From positions 770,696 through 823,813 of the forward strand of contig CAWBPL010000002.1 in the NCBI GenBank assembly GCA_963790805.1: 53,118 nt of DNA, written 5' to 3'. Below the pieces are notes generated by a model, which was given only the letters and a program-made list of their open reading frames with translations, did no database searches and was not told the origin of the DNA. Below are positions 27,185 to 37,052 of this stretch, piece after piece; position 1 is the first letter of the stretch, and each line of letters opens with the position of its first letter. This DNA is from Candidatus Gottesmanbacteria bacterium (lineage in GTDB: Bacteria > Patescibacteriota > Microgenomatia > UBA10105 > UBA927). Made by a program: the position numbers and the translations under genes.

Positions 27185-28660
27185 ATGTCCATGATGATAA
27201 ACAGGTGGCTTTTATTGGGCACAATCATTATTCTCCTCTGCCTTTTTATCCATCCCATTGACGTTGATGGTGATTTTTATCAGCATGTCAATATCGGACG
27301 ATATGTCATAATCCATAATGCGCTTCCGCACGTTGACGATTTGACGTTTACGGCGGCTGGTAAGCCATATACAGCCTACGCATGGCTTGCCGGAGTCATT
27401 TTTTATTCTATTTATCGTACTGTTGGAGCCATCGGAATTAATGCACTCGTTATCGGGACGGCGATGATAACGTTTTGGCTGTTGTACCGGTATTTGCGAT
27501 CCTTAAACATACCGTCCAAACTGTCGCTTCTTACTATTTGCCTTATTGCTCCAGTTGTTGCCACCCGCTGGCCGACGAGGCCGGAAATCTTTATGTACCC
27601 GATTTTTTTGGGCTTTCTTCTTATTGATGAAACAAAAAGAAAACGTCCGTGGATTGTGAGCCTGAATCCATTCCTTATGCTCATGCTTGTAAATCTCTAC
27701 GGCTCCAGTTTTCCGATGGCGGCGGGAATTTTAGTTCTTCTTCTGGTGAAAAATCTGATGGCGGGGGACAGGTCGTGGCGCCAGTATGCGATTTCGGTTC
27801 TCGTAAGTTTATTTGCCGCTTTTTTCAACGGCTATGGCGTCCAATCGCTCTTTTTTATTATACGTATTCCCCATATGACGCAGTTGTGGGGTGACTGGAT
27901 CGGCCTTTGGGACATCATACGAAGACCCGAGCTTCATTTTGCATGGGAAATCAGCATCATCTATTGTTTGTTTACCGGTTATGTACTTTTTCTTGCGCTT
28001 TGGCGCTTTAAAAAGCTAAAGATTTATCCCGTTTTCGTACTTTTAGCCTGTACGGTGTTTTTGCCGTTTGCGGCAGTCAGGATGCGTTCGCTTGCGGCTA
28101 TCATTTCGGCGCCGCTCATTGCACTGCTATTAACGAATGTCCGATCGAGGTGGATTGTGTATCTTACCGGACTTATCGCAATCACTACAACGGTACTGTT
28201 TGTCGTTACCAATCCGCCGGCACTCGGAGAAAATACGGACATATTTCCGCCGGCGCTTATTCAATTTATTAAAACAAACAGACTTTCAGGAAACGTTTTC
28301 AATACGCCCCGTATCGGGTCATTCCTTTCTTATTATCTCTATCCGCAGGTGCGTACGTTTTCCGATACCAGAGATGATCTTTTTATCGGAACCGGCGTTT
28401 TGGAGGCGACCCAAGCCTTTCTTTCAGCGAACGCAAGTCCGCAATATCTTCTCAGGAGGTATCACGTTGACTTTGCCGTCATCAGTCTTGCCGATGGAAA
28501 TTCCTTTCGGGATCTGATATATGATGACCAGTGGGCGCTGGTATATGTTAAAAACGGGTATTTGATTTTTGTTCCGAGGGCGGTTGCAGCAGCCAGACAT
28601 GTGCCGACTTTTGATACTGTTGATCCGTATTCGCCGATGGGCGTTAAAACGAGTTTATGA
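27185..28660 (+). CDS. GT-C-like membrane protein (paralog family of 24152-26110, no TPR)
   Basis: DVDGDFYQHVNIGR...DDLTFT...AYAWL, TRPE and FSDTRDDLF motifs. Confidence 0.7.
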   Translation: MSMMINRWLLLGTIIILLCLFIHPIDVDGDFYQHVNIGRYVIIHNALPHVDDLTFTAAGKPYTAYAWLAGVIFYSIYRTVGAIGINALVIGTAMITFWLLYRYLRSLNIPSKLSLLTICLIAPVVATRWPTRPEIFMYPIFLGFLLIDETKRKRPWIVSLNPFLMLMLVNLYGSSFPMAAGILVLLLVKNLMAGDRSWRQYAISVLVSLFAAFFNGYGVQSLFFIIRIPHMTQLWGDWIGLWDIIRRPELHFAWEISIIYCLFTGYVLFLALWRFKKLKIYPVFVLLACTVFLPFAAVRMRSLAAIISAPLIALLLTNVRSRWIVYLTGLIAITTTVLFVVTNPPALGENTDIFPPALIQFIKTNRLSGNVFNTPRIGSFLSYYLYPQVRTFSDTRDDLFIGTGVLEATQAFLSANASPQYLLRRYHVDFAVISLADGNSFRDLIYDDQWALVYVKNGYLIFVPRAVAAARHVPTFDTVDPYSPMGVKTSL

Positions 28661-30297
28661 ATACCGTAATTCGCACTATACGTTCACATCCGTGGATACT
28701 TCCCTGTATTATCGCAGCGGTACTTGTTGTCGGCGCGGCGCACATGCATGAATTGTGGGGAGATGAAGCGGAAACTGCTCTGTTTGCCCGCAATATCCTC
28801 AAATACGGCGTACCGCGCGGATGGGATGGCGACAATATCATGGGGATAAATAATGGTGTCGTTCTTGACAAGAATCTTTTGAACCACACGTCTCCGTGGG
28901 CGCAATATTATATGGTTGCTGCGTCGTTTAAATTGTTTGGGCAGTCGAGTTTTACCGCACGGTTACCTTCTATTATATTATATATCATTTCAATTCCGCT
29001 CATGTATTATTTTGTCGTTTTTGTAACCGGAAAGAAGCGTGTCGGCACACTTACAGCCCTTATCGCGGCATTATCGGCGCAGGGAATATTGTACGGCTAT
29101 CAGGCACGATATTACGAACTTACCAGCGTTGCGGGGCTTTTGTTTGCATGGGCCTCAGTATCGCTTGTCGATGGTGCAGTTATGCCGTCTGTTGTCTTTG
29201 TTCTTTCAGGGATCCTTTTTTATTATGCCAATTACGTCTCGTGGAGTGCGTTTTATGCGGCAACACTGGTGGCTGTGGGGGGTTATGTGCGGATGAGAAA
29301 GGGGGGTATTGCTTTCAAGCGATTTATCAGCCGGTTTTTTTTGCTGACAATACCTATCGTACTTGCTGCACTTCCATGGTATATACTCATGCAACCGTTC
29401 GGAGACAGAGGAGTTATTACGATTTATTCCATTTCGGAAACCCTTCTTTGGTTTCGGTATCTGAGTCTTAGCGCGTGGGGATCATTTAACACAAGCGGTG
29501 TATTTCCCGTCGGGCTGTTAGCGGTTCTCCTTGTCGTTATCGTGCGCCTGCGAGGGAAATGGGAGAGAATCCGGCCGCTTGTTGTATTCGGAGGTATTCC
29601 CGGCGTCTTTCTCATCATAATGGCGTTATACGCCACGCTTGCATATGTCGATACGATATTTTCAAGCCCCAGATATACGACGGCGGCAATTCCATTTTTT
29701 TTCATTGTTGTGGCGCTTCTTGTGGATGAAATACTGTCATGGCGGCGTTGGGTGGGGGTCGGGCTTCTCGTTATCTATCTTGCGACGAATCTGTTGACGT
29801 TTGGTCCGCCAAGAAGCCTCCTCGCGTCACTTTTTTATGAAATAGTCCATCCGTATCAGACGCCCGAGATATTGGTTGCGGATTTTCTTAAAGCCCACGC
29901 CGCAAAAGGGCAAACTGCTTTTGTAAACTTTGATCGTGAGCATGAACCGCTCATTTTTTTGCTGGGAGATCATACGCTTCATTTTGTGAATCGGGTGGAT
30001 TTGGTAAATACCCACATTTTTCCGAAAAATCGTGCTATTATACCCCGGTACATCTATGATTTTCGTGATGAGCCGGATTGGGTCATACTGTACAGCAAGA
30101 GAACGCCAGACGGCACGTTATTTACCGTAGACTATAAACCGCTCTGGCCGGAGGTAGATTTGACGCATGATTACATAGAGCATGTAATTCCCGTCTTTTT
30201 TGCCGACATGTCCCGACCCGAAATTGAGTTACGATTATTTTACCCTGTCGCAAATCCTGCCCCCACAGATTATGTCTATATCTACCAGAAAAAGTAA
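28657..30297 (+). CDS. GT-C glycosyltransferase (PMT/ArnT-like, GT39/83)
   Basis: LWGDEAETALFARNILKYG, FGQSSFTARLPS and QARYY motifs; multiple TM. Confidence 0.85.
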   Translation: MNTVIRTIRSHPWILPCIIAAVLVVGAAHMHELWGDEAETALFARNILKYGVPRGWDGDNIMGINNGVVLDKNLLNHTSPWAQYYMVAASFKLFGQSSFTARLPSIILYIISIPLMYYFVVFVTGKKRVGTLTALIAALSAQGILYGYQARYYELTSVAGLLFAWASVSLVDGAVMPSVVFVLSGILFYYANYVSWSAFYAATLVAVGGYVRMRKGGIAFKRFISRFFLLTIPIVLAALPWYILMQPFGDRGVITIYSISETLLWFRYLSLSAWGSFNTSGVFPVGLLAVLLVVIVRLRGKWERIRPLVVFGGIPGVFLIIMALYATLAYVDTIFSSPRYTTAAIPFFFIVVALLVDEILSWRRWVGVGLLVIYLATNLLTFGPPRSLLASLFYEIVHPYQTPEILVADFLKAHAAKGQTAFVNFDREHEPLIFLLGDHTLHFVNRVDLVNTHIFPKNRAIIPRYIYDFRDEPDWVILYSKRTPDGTLFTVDYKPLWPEVDLTHDYIEHVIPVFFADMSRPEIELRLFYPVANPAPTDYVYIYQKK

Positions 30298-31879
30298 GGT
30301 AACGATAGTAGCCATCTTACCCGCCTACAATGCTGCCAAAACGCTCACATCGGTCATTGAGAGCCTTCCAGCTGGCGTGTTTTCGGCGGTTATACTTTCT
30401 GATGACTGCTCGCGGGATAAAACCGTTGAAGTGGCCAAAAAGGTAAAAGGCGTGACGGTTATTCAAACTCCGAGGAATTTAGGGTACGGCGGAAATCTCA
30501 AGTATTCTTTATCCTTTGCAATGGAAATGGGTGCCGATATTATGGTGGAAATTCATCCGGACGGGGAGTATGGAGCAGATGGAATCCTGCCAGCATTGAG
30601 AGCGATACAAAACGGAGCACTTCTTGTACTCGGAAACAGGTTATCTTCACGAATTAACGGAATGTACTGGTGGAAGTATTTGGGCACCAGACTGCTCACG
30701 CGGTTTGACAATATAGCCTTGGAAACAAACATTCCTGACCTACATCAGGGGTTTCGGGTGTACACAAGAAAGCTGTTAACGACCGTCGATTACCGCAACA
30801 CGAGTAACGGCTATCTTTTCAGTTTTGAAATAATAGTAAAAGCATGGTTTGCGGGACTTCCGATCGGTAGTGTGCCGGTATCGGCCTCGTATAAAGGCAA
30901 AAAGAGAGGAGCCCCAACTAGCGCGTCTTTACGCTACGTATTAGGCACTTTGGGAGTGCTTTATCGTTATTTTATAGCAAGTTTGGGTTTTAAAGTCGCT
31001 TTATTTGGCAAAAATAACGACAAAATACCTTCATGCCCAAGTTGTCGTGTCAATTGGTTATCAGTTTTACATTTTAAACAAGATAAGTGGAAATTATATC
31101 ATTGCGGCATCTGTACTAATGACTATTTAGCTCCGATTTCCGGCAGCGTAAGCCGGCAGTATCGACAATCATATTACTTATCAAATACTGTCGCCGGAAA
31201 AGTCAAAAATTTTGTCTATAATTATTTTCAGAGCAGAAGAATGCGCTGGGTGCAACGATATTTTTCCGGTGGATTGGTACTTGATGTCGGTTCAGGGGAG
31301 GGGAATTTCGGCAAAAATATTGGCAAAAATTTTACCGTTGTCGACATCGAAGCACCATTTGCTCACATTGTAAATTCGCAGGTTGTAAAAACGGATTTTT
31401 TGTCGTGGAATACGAAAAAAAGGTTTGATTGCGCTGTGTTTTGGCAAAGCCTTGAACATGTACCGGATCCGAAGGCCTACATAGAGCACGCACGAGATCT
31501 ACTAAAAAAACACGGGTATATTTTTGTCGAATTTCCGAGATTTTCCAGCTTCGAATCGAGGCTATTTGGAAAACACTGGTATCACCTCGATTTACCCCGT
31601 CATATTTCACAGTTTTCTGATAGCGGTTTAGCCCACTTATTTACATCAAGTAGCTTCACAATTGTTGAAACGCACTCTGTAGTGGCTTTGGAGTACCAGA
31701 TTATCGGGGGAGCGGCCAACCTAATGAACGCACATGCTGATGAATTAGCACCTCACATGCGGTCTTTATGGTTTTGGGTGAGATTCATACCAGCGCTTTT
31801 TGTCTCTTGCCTCATGGAGGGGATATTTATTATAGTTGGTCAGTCACCTATTGGCATGATTGTTGCTCGAAAGAAATGA
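30272..31879 (+). CDS. Fusion of DPM-synthase-like GT2 and class I SAM methyltransferase with CxxC-CxxC zinc site
   Basis: ILPAYNAA, DDCSRDKT, NLGYGG, HPDGEY, VLGNR and DLHQGFRVY (GT2). CPSC/CGIC, VLDVGSGEG, WQSLEHVPDP and WYHLDLPRH (methyltransferase). Confidence 0.85.
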   Translation: MSISTRKSKVTIVAILPAYNAAKTLTSVIESLPAGVFSAVILSDDCSRDKTVEVAKKVKGVTVIQTPRNLGYGGNLKYSLSFAMEMGADIMVEIHPDGEYGADGILPALRAIQNGALLVLGNRLSSRINGMYWWKYLGTRLLTRFDNIALETNIPDLHQGFRVYTRKLLTTVDYRNTSNGYLFSFEIIVKAWFAGLPIGSVPVSASYKGKKRGAPTSASLRYVLGTLGVLYRYFIASLGFKVALFGKNNDKIPSCPSCRVNWLSVLHFKQDKWKLYHCGICTNDYLAPISGSVSRQYRQSYYLSNTVAGKVKNFVYNYFQSRRMRWVQRYFSGGLVLDVGSGEGNFGKNIGKNFTVVDIEAPFAHIVNSQVVKTDFLSWNTKKRFDCAVFWQSLEHVPDPKAYIEHARDLLKKHGYIFVEFPRFSSFESRLFGKHWYHLDLPRHISQFSDSGLAHLFTSSSFTIVETHSVVALEYQIIGGAANLMNAHADELAPHMRSLWFWVRFIPALFVSCLMEGIFIIVGQSPIGMIVARKK

Positions 31880-33069
31880 AAATTACTCATTGTAGGTATT
31901 GCGGGGCTAAATTACGGGAAATAATTTCTTTGGGAAATTTGCCTCTGGTTAATTATTTTCCGAAAAAATCAGCGGGTTTGCGGGAAAAACGCTACCCGCT
32001 TACCTTGGTTACATGTGACAGTTGCGGTTTAGCTCAAGTTGACTACATAGTGTCGCCCAAAGACATATTTTTGCATTATTACTATGTGACCGGCGCTTCC
32101 CAGCCGCTCGTTGATCAATTAAAAGAGCTGGCCAGTGATACGCTCAAGCGCTTCACACTCACGAACAAGCACCACGTGCTGGACATCGGCAGCAACGATG
32201 GCACGCTGCTTTCGAATTTTGCCAAGCGTCATATAGGCGTATTAGGCGTCGAACCATCCCGCTATCTTGCACGTGTCGCGGACCGGCGGGGCGTGCCGAC
32301 GATAAAAGGCTTTTTTACACGCAAAATGGCACATAAAATTGTGCGGCGGTACGGTCAGTTTGACCTCGTTTTTGTAACGCACGTCCTTGCCAATATCGTC
32401 GATATCCGCGATTTTTTTCATGGTTTGAATGACGTTGTGGCTTCCGACGGCGTGTGTATTATTGAAGTAGGTTATTTGGGAAGCATGCTTGAAAAAGGCC
32501 AGTTTGACGCAATATATCACGAGCACTACTCGTATTTTTCGCTTACGGCACTTGCCCGAATTTGTGCTGATCATGGATTTTCCCTTATCGACGCGACGTT
32601 TCCGAGCACTCAAGGCGGGTCGCTTCGCATATACATCAAGCATTCCGAGGCGGTAAAACATCCGTTTACTATGCATGAGCATATTTCCAAAAGCGATTTT
32701 GCCGGTTTTGCGAAGAAAGTTGACGTTTTTCGCGATGAATTTAATAAAATTTTCGCTTCATACAAAGGGAAAACGATTGTCGGTTTCGGCGCGCCGGCAA
32801 AATGCATCACGCTGCTTTCGTACTGTAACATCCAAAGCGGTGCAATCGCCTATATTGTTGATTCCACACCGGTAAAGCAGGGGCGTGTATTGCCGTATAT
32901 TGGCGTTCCGGTTGTTCCCGAGAGCCATATGAAGAAAAAGAAACCGGATGTCGTCGTTCTGTTAGCATGGAATTATCAGGAAGCCATACTTCCCCGATTG
33001 AAGCGGATTTTGCCTCGCGGGACGCCTGTTGTTATTCCATTTCCGTCGCTTAAGGTGAAGAAGACGTAA
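31876..33069 (+). CDS. NDP-sugar C-methyltransferase-like protein
   Basis: CRYCG...LGNLPLVN...CDSCGL, VLDIGSNDGTLL, FDAIYHEHYSYFS, GGSLR and GFGAPAK motifs. ATGA overlap with the upstream gene. Confidence 0.88.
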   Translation: MKITHCRYCGAKLREIISLGNLPLVNYFPKKSAGLREKRYPLTLVTCDSCGLAQVDYIVSPKDIFLHYYYVTGASQPLVDQLKELASDTLKRFTLTNKHHVLDIGSNDGTLLSNFAKRHIGVLGVEPSRYLARVADRRGVPTIKGFFTRKMAHKIVRRYGQFDLVFVTHVLANIVDIRDFFHGLNDVVASDGVCIIEVGYLGSMLEKGQFDAIYHEHYSYFSLTALARICADHGFSLIDATFPSTQGGSLRIYIKHSEAVKHPFTMHEHISKSDFAGFAKKVDVFRDEFNKIFASYKGKTIVGFGAPAKCITLLSYCNIQSGAIAYIVDSTPVKQGRVLPYIGVPVVPESHMKKKKPDVVVLLAWNYQEAILPRLKRILPRGTPVVIPFPSLKVKKT

Positions 33070-33186
33070 GTATCTGAGGTAAAAAATCAACTATGCCACC
33101 TTGTTGTCAGAGGGTGACCGGCTATCGATGGCGCGTGTTGTTTTAGGCATATAAACCCAGTATAGTAAAAGAAGAAAGATTGATCT

Positions 33187-35430
33187 ATGTCGAACCTGCC
33201 TAAGCCGGCGAGGATTTTTTGCGTATTTGTCCTTGCCGCCGGATTTTTTGCGATTCACCCACAGGCGCGCGCCGCCATTGATTCCTGCACCGCGAGCGTC
33301 GATGCGCATTCTGTTGCACCCAACAGCACAAATTCGATGAATTTTACCGTAACAAACGGCGGACCGGATAGTGCGAGTTGGGTAAAAATTCACGTACCCC
33401 AGAATTTTACATTTGCTGCAGGAAGTCAATCGGCGCCGGATGGATGGTCGGCATCGATAAACGGTGATAACACGGAAATGACCGTGTCAGGCAGTTCTTT
33501 TGGCACAGGCACTGATCTTCCGGTTGGCGTTCAGGCAACATCGGCCAATGTTACAGCGGGATCGGCTAATTGGTCTATCCAGATTTCCGAGGATGGCGGG
33601 ACTACAACTGTTGATTGTGGCGGTGATTCGCGGGGTACAGCCATTGAAGGAACAGTGTCCATGCCGCCGCCACAAATTTCCAACATTGTCGTATCGGGCA
33701 TTTCGGATTCGCAGGCGACAGTTTCGTGGGACACTGATTTATCGACAAATTCCGTTATCAATTACGGCACAACGACCGATTATGGACAGAATAAATCCGA
33801 TTCGTCGTATGTTCAGTCTCACAGTTTAACGATAAGCGGGCTTACTGCCAATACGACGTATCATTATGACGTTTCAGGCGCTGATTCATCGGGAAACGGA
33901 TCAGACGCCGGAGATAATACATTTGTTACTGCAGCGGCAGGATCAACGACGACTTCAACGACCGGAACCGTTACGACGACAACAACACAGACTGTCATTG
34001 TTCGCATTCCGACGCCCGTGCCGGATACGAGTCCGCCGGAGCTAAGCGTTTCAACAAAATTTACGAAGCCATTCAGCGTTTCTCCGACAATTCAGGGATC
34101 AGCGTCTGACAAAAGCGGTGTGGCAACGATTGAATATTCGCTGGATGACGGGAAAACATGGCTGCCGGTCGATGCGCTTTCATCGCCCGGGGCTAAATCA
34201 ACAACATTTGAATTTACCCCTCCGCCGCTTCTTGATGACAATTATACCCTGCGTATGCGGTCAACCGATATAAAGGGAAATACGGGAACGGTTGCCATAG
34301 GGACACTCATTATCGACCGCCTGCCCCCGAGAATCGGCGGCACTATGGCTTCGATCGGGCCGCAGGTACTCTCACCGTCTCAGGACGGTTCCTATATTAT
34401 TCCGACGGGAATCGACGTGAAGTTGACAATATCTGCAGTTGGAGGACCGACAAACATTGACCTCGGGTATACCAATAAGCACGGAGTTTTCCAAAAAGTT
34501 TCCTTAGATAAAAATACGGATAACGGATTATGGTCGACAATGTTTAATTTCGATACTCCCGGAACGTATACGTTGAGCGCCCATGCGGTCGACGGAGCGA
34601 ATAACGTTGCAGATCGGGATATCGGATCATTCATCGTGGTGCCCAACGGGTCTGTTACAAGCGGGAAGTCCGTCGTCAATCATGGTACTGTAACCGCGTA
34701 TTATCTGGACAGCGTTTTACAAAAATTTGTCCTGTGGAACGGGGAAACGTACGGTCAAACAAATCCACAGCCGATCGATGCCAACGGCAGCTATGCTTTC
34801 TATCTTCCGTCCGGAACGTATTACCTGAATGTGACGTCTGGAGGATATAAATCGCTGAAAACTTCAATTTTTACGCTTACTGATGCGCGTCCGATTGTTA
34901 CGAATTTTTTACTTGTTCGGGCGCGTGCGATCAAATTTGGCCCATGGATTATACCGCTTCCGGATTTTCGCCAGACGACAGCCCGCGTGAACATAGATAC
35001 ATCCTTGTCATCATCTCAAAGCATCATCTCGCCTCTTGTCGGGAAAGAAGTACCGTATTTCAGTTTGCTTTCAGAGGGCAAGCCGGTTACGAGTTTTGAT
35101 TTGATGGGGAAGCCATCCGTCATTACGTTTCTGAACACTTGGCTTCCGACGGCGACCGTACAATTATCGATCCTTAATGAGTTAGCCAAAAACACATCGC
35201 TTAACGTTCTCGTCATTATCCCGCAGGAGACGGTTTCCAGCGTGGCGATATATAAAGCCAGAGGGGGGTATACGATCCCAATCGTTGCGGATCCTGACGG
35301 CAACCTCGTTGATCCTCTCAATCTCCACTCGCTGCCTATTCATGTGATTGTCGACAGAAAAGGCACAATACAGTCCATTCGTTCAGGGGTATTTAATAAT
35401 AGTGAGTTGTTCGATATGATAATACCGTAA
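33187..35430 (+). CDS. Secreted multi-Ig/Fn3 protein with C-terminal Cys-less TlpA/redoxin-fold domain
   Basis: Signal peptide. Fn3-like ATVSWDTD...YGTT...HSLTISGLTANTTYHY. Carboxypeptidase-regulatory-like segment. Redoxin-like GKPSVITFLNTWLPTA...PIVADPDG...LPIHVIVDRKG. Confidence 0.75.
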   Translation: MSNLPKPARIFCVFVLAAGFFAIHPQARAAIDSCTASVDAHSVAPNSTNSMNFTVTNGGPDSASWVKIHVPQNFTFAAGSQSAPDGWSASINGDNTEMTVSGSSFGTGTDLPVGVQATSANVTAGSANWSIQISEDGGTTTVDCGGDSRGTAIEGTVSMPPPQISNIVVSGISDSQATVSWDTDLSTNSVINYGTTTDYGQNKSDSSYVQSHSLTISGLTANTTYHYDVSGADSSGNGSDAGDNTFVTAAAGSTTTSTTGTVTTTTTQTVIVRIPTPVPDTSPPELSVSTKFTKPFSVSPTIQGSASDKSGVATIEYSLDDGKTWLPVDALSSPGAKSTTFEFTPPPLLDDNYTLRMRSTDIKGNTGTVAIGTLIIDRLPPRIGGTMASIGPQVLSPSQDGSYIIPTGIDVKLTISAVGGPTNIDLGYTNKHGVFQKVSLDKNTDNGLWSTMFNFDTPGTYTLSAHAVDGANNVADRDIGSFIVVPNGSVTSGKSVVNHGTVTAYYLDSVLQKFVLWNGETYGQTNPQPIDANGSYAFYLPSGTYYLNVTSGGYKSLKTSIFTLTDARPIVTNFLLVRARAIKFGPWIIPLPDFRQTTARVNIDTSLSSSQSIISPLVGKEVPYFSLLSEGKPVTSFDLMGKPSVITFLNTWLPTATVQLSILNELAKNTSLNVLVIIPQETVSSVAIYKARGGYTIPIVADPDGNLVDPLNLHSLPIHVIVDRKGTIQSIRSGVFNNSELFDMIIP

Positions 35431-35449
35431 GCGTTTTTATTCTGCCCAT

Positions 35450-37048
35450 ATGTGGTTACAGTTTTTATTAGAGAATGCACACTTTGCGATAAACCTCTTT
35501 TTCGCACTGGTGCTTTTTGCCGTATTCTGGCTGTATTACGACGCGTGGACACAACGGAAACACGCCAAAGACGTTATTAAGCTCGCGGGATATTTTTTCC
35601 TTTCGGTGTCATTTGTTGTTCAGGCGATATATATAGAGAGTTCTATTTTAACGACGTCATTTATAAATGCATCCGTCCAGACATGGGCGCTGGCGAGCCT
35701 ACGGATAGCGGGGTTTGTCTGTATAATCATCGGCCTTCTTACCGAACGCATTGAGCCCACTCCGACGCGACAAGCCGGCACTGCGCCTCAATCGTTGGCC
35801 CTCCTTCCGGTCGTTGCCGTACCGGTTATCATCTGGCCGAGTCTTTTGTATCCGATTTTGGCGGCAGTCATTGCTCTTTTGTATTTACGGCGGGCAACGG
35901 TAGGTCTTGAGGACCATTTAAAACCGGTGGCATGGTCGTTTTATTTACTGGCAATCGGAGAATTTATCGCGATGGCGGCACTGTTCCGGCAAAGCGATAA
36001 CGTGACGGTGTATCAGCTGGTAGCCCCGTTCGGACCATTCTGGATAGCAGAACACGCGTTTTATCTTTTTTCCGCTTGTATATTCGGGCGTTGGGTGTTT
36101 GGCTACCTTCTCAAGCAGTTTGAAACGCAGATGTTTATGATTTTTACCGTGACGACGCTCATTATCTTTCTTATTACGACGGTTTCGTTTACCGGATTGC
36201 TTCTTAAAAATATGCAGGATGAAACGCTAAGGCAACTGGGAACCGACGTCAATGTGCTGGATTTTTCGATAAAAAGTAAGAAATCGGAATTACTTTCCGA
36301 TGCAAGCGTTATCGCCCAGAACCCGCAGGTTGTGGCGGCAGTAGGAAGTGGCACGCGAAATGATCTTACTACCATTGCCCAAACATTTCTTTTAACCAAA
36401 AAAGAAAGCAGCCTTATTATCACAAGCGACGCCGGTCAGGTTTTGATGCGCGGGGAGGATAAAGACAGGGCAGGAGATTCACTGTCGGATAATCCCCTTA
36501 TACGGCGGGCGCTTTTAGGTGGTGCCACTGCATCAGTCGTCACCAAAGACGGCGTATTGGCGCCGGAAATTTCAGTGCAGGCCGCAACGCCGATTCAGGA
36601 TCAGGGGAAAGTCATTGGTACTGTACTTGTAGGGAGCGTTATTGATAACGCATTTGTGGACGGTCTCAAGGTGACGACAGGGCTTGAAAGCTCCATTTAC
36701 GGCAATAATCAGGTGTCCGCAAGCACCCTCACGTCGCCCGACGGCAAGTCGCGGCTTATCGGTATCAAAGAGGAAAATGCGGCGATAAAATCAACTGTTC
36801 TGGGTCAGGGGGAAAGTTACAGCGGGTCGGTGACTCTTCTTCAAACGCCGTATTTCGGTGCCTATGTGCCGCTTACCAACGTGGATAACAATCCCGTCGG
36901 CATGCTTTTTGTCGGACGGCCGCAGTATTCGGTTATCGCGGCGGCAGGGAAATCCATCGAATTAACGTTTGTTATCACAGCCCTGCTTCTTGTTCTTTCC
37001 GTCATCCCTTCGTATTTTATTGCGAAATATATCACGTCCCAATTATAA
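35450..37048 (+). CDS. Multi-TM + Cache-domain sensor protein without a cytoplasmic output domain
   Basis: About 7 N-terminal TM. Cache-like LIITSDAGQVLMR...VQAATPI...IGTVLVG...YFGAYVPL...VGMLFVG. Stops right after the last TM (IAKYITSQL*). Confidence 0.75.
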   Translation: MWLQFLLENAHFAINLFFALVLFAVFWLYYDAWTQRKHAKDVIKLAGYFFLSVSFVVQAIYIESSILTTSFINASVQTWALASLRIAGFVCIIIGLLTERIEPTPTRQAGTAPQSLALLPVVAVPVIIWPSLLYPILAAVIALLYLRRATVGLEDHLKPVAWSFYLLAIGEFIAMAALFRQSDNVTVYQLVAPFGPFWIAEHAFYLFSACIFGRWVFGYLLKQFETQMFMIFTVTTLIIFLITTVSFTGLLLKNMQDETLRQLGTDVNVLDFSIKSKKSELLSDASVIAQNPQVVAAVGSGTRNDLTTIAQTFLLTKKESSLIITSDAGQVLMRGEDKDRAGDSLSDNPLIRRALLGGATASVVTKDGVLAPEISVQAATPIQDQGKVIGTVLVGSVIDNAFVDGLKVTTGLESSIYGNNQVSASTLTSPDGKSRLIGIKEENAAIKSTVLGQGESYSGSVTLLQTPYFGAYVPLTNVDNNPVGMLFVGRPQYSVIAAAGKSIELTFVITALLLVLSVIPSYFIAKYITSQL

Positions 37049-37052
37049 CGCT

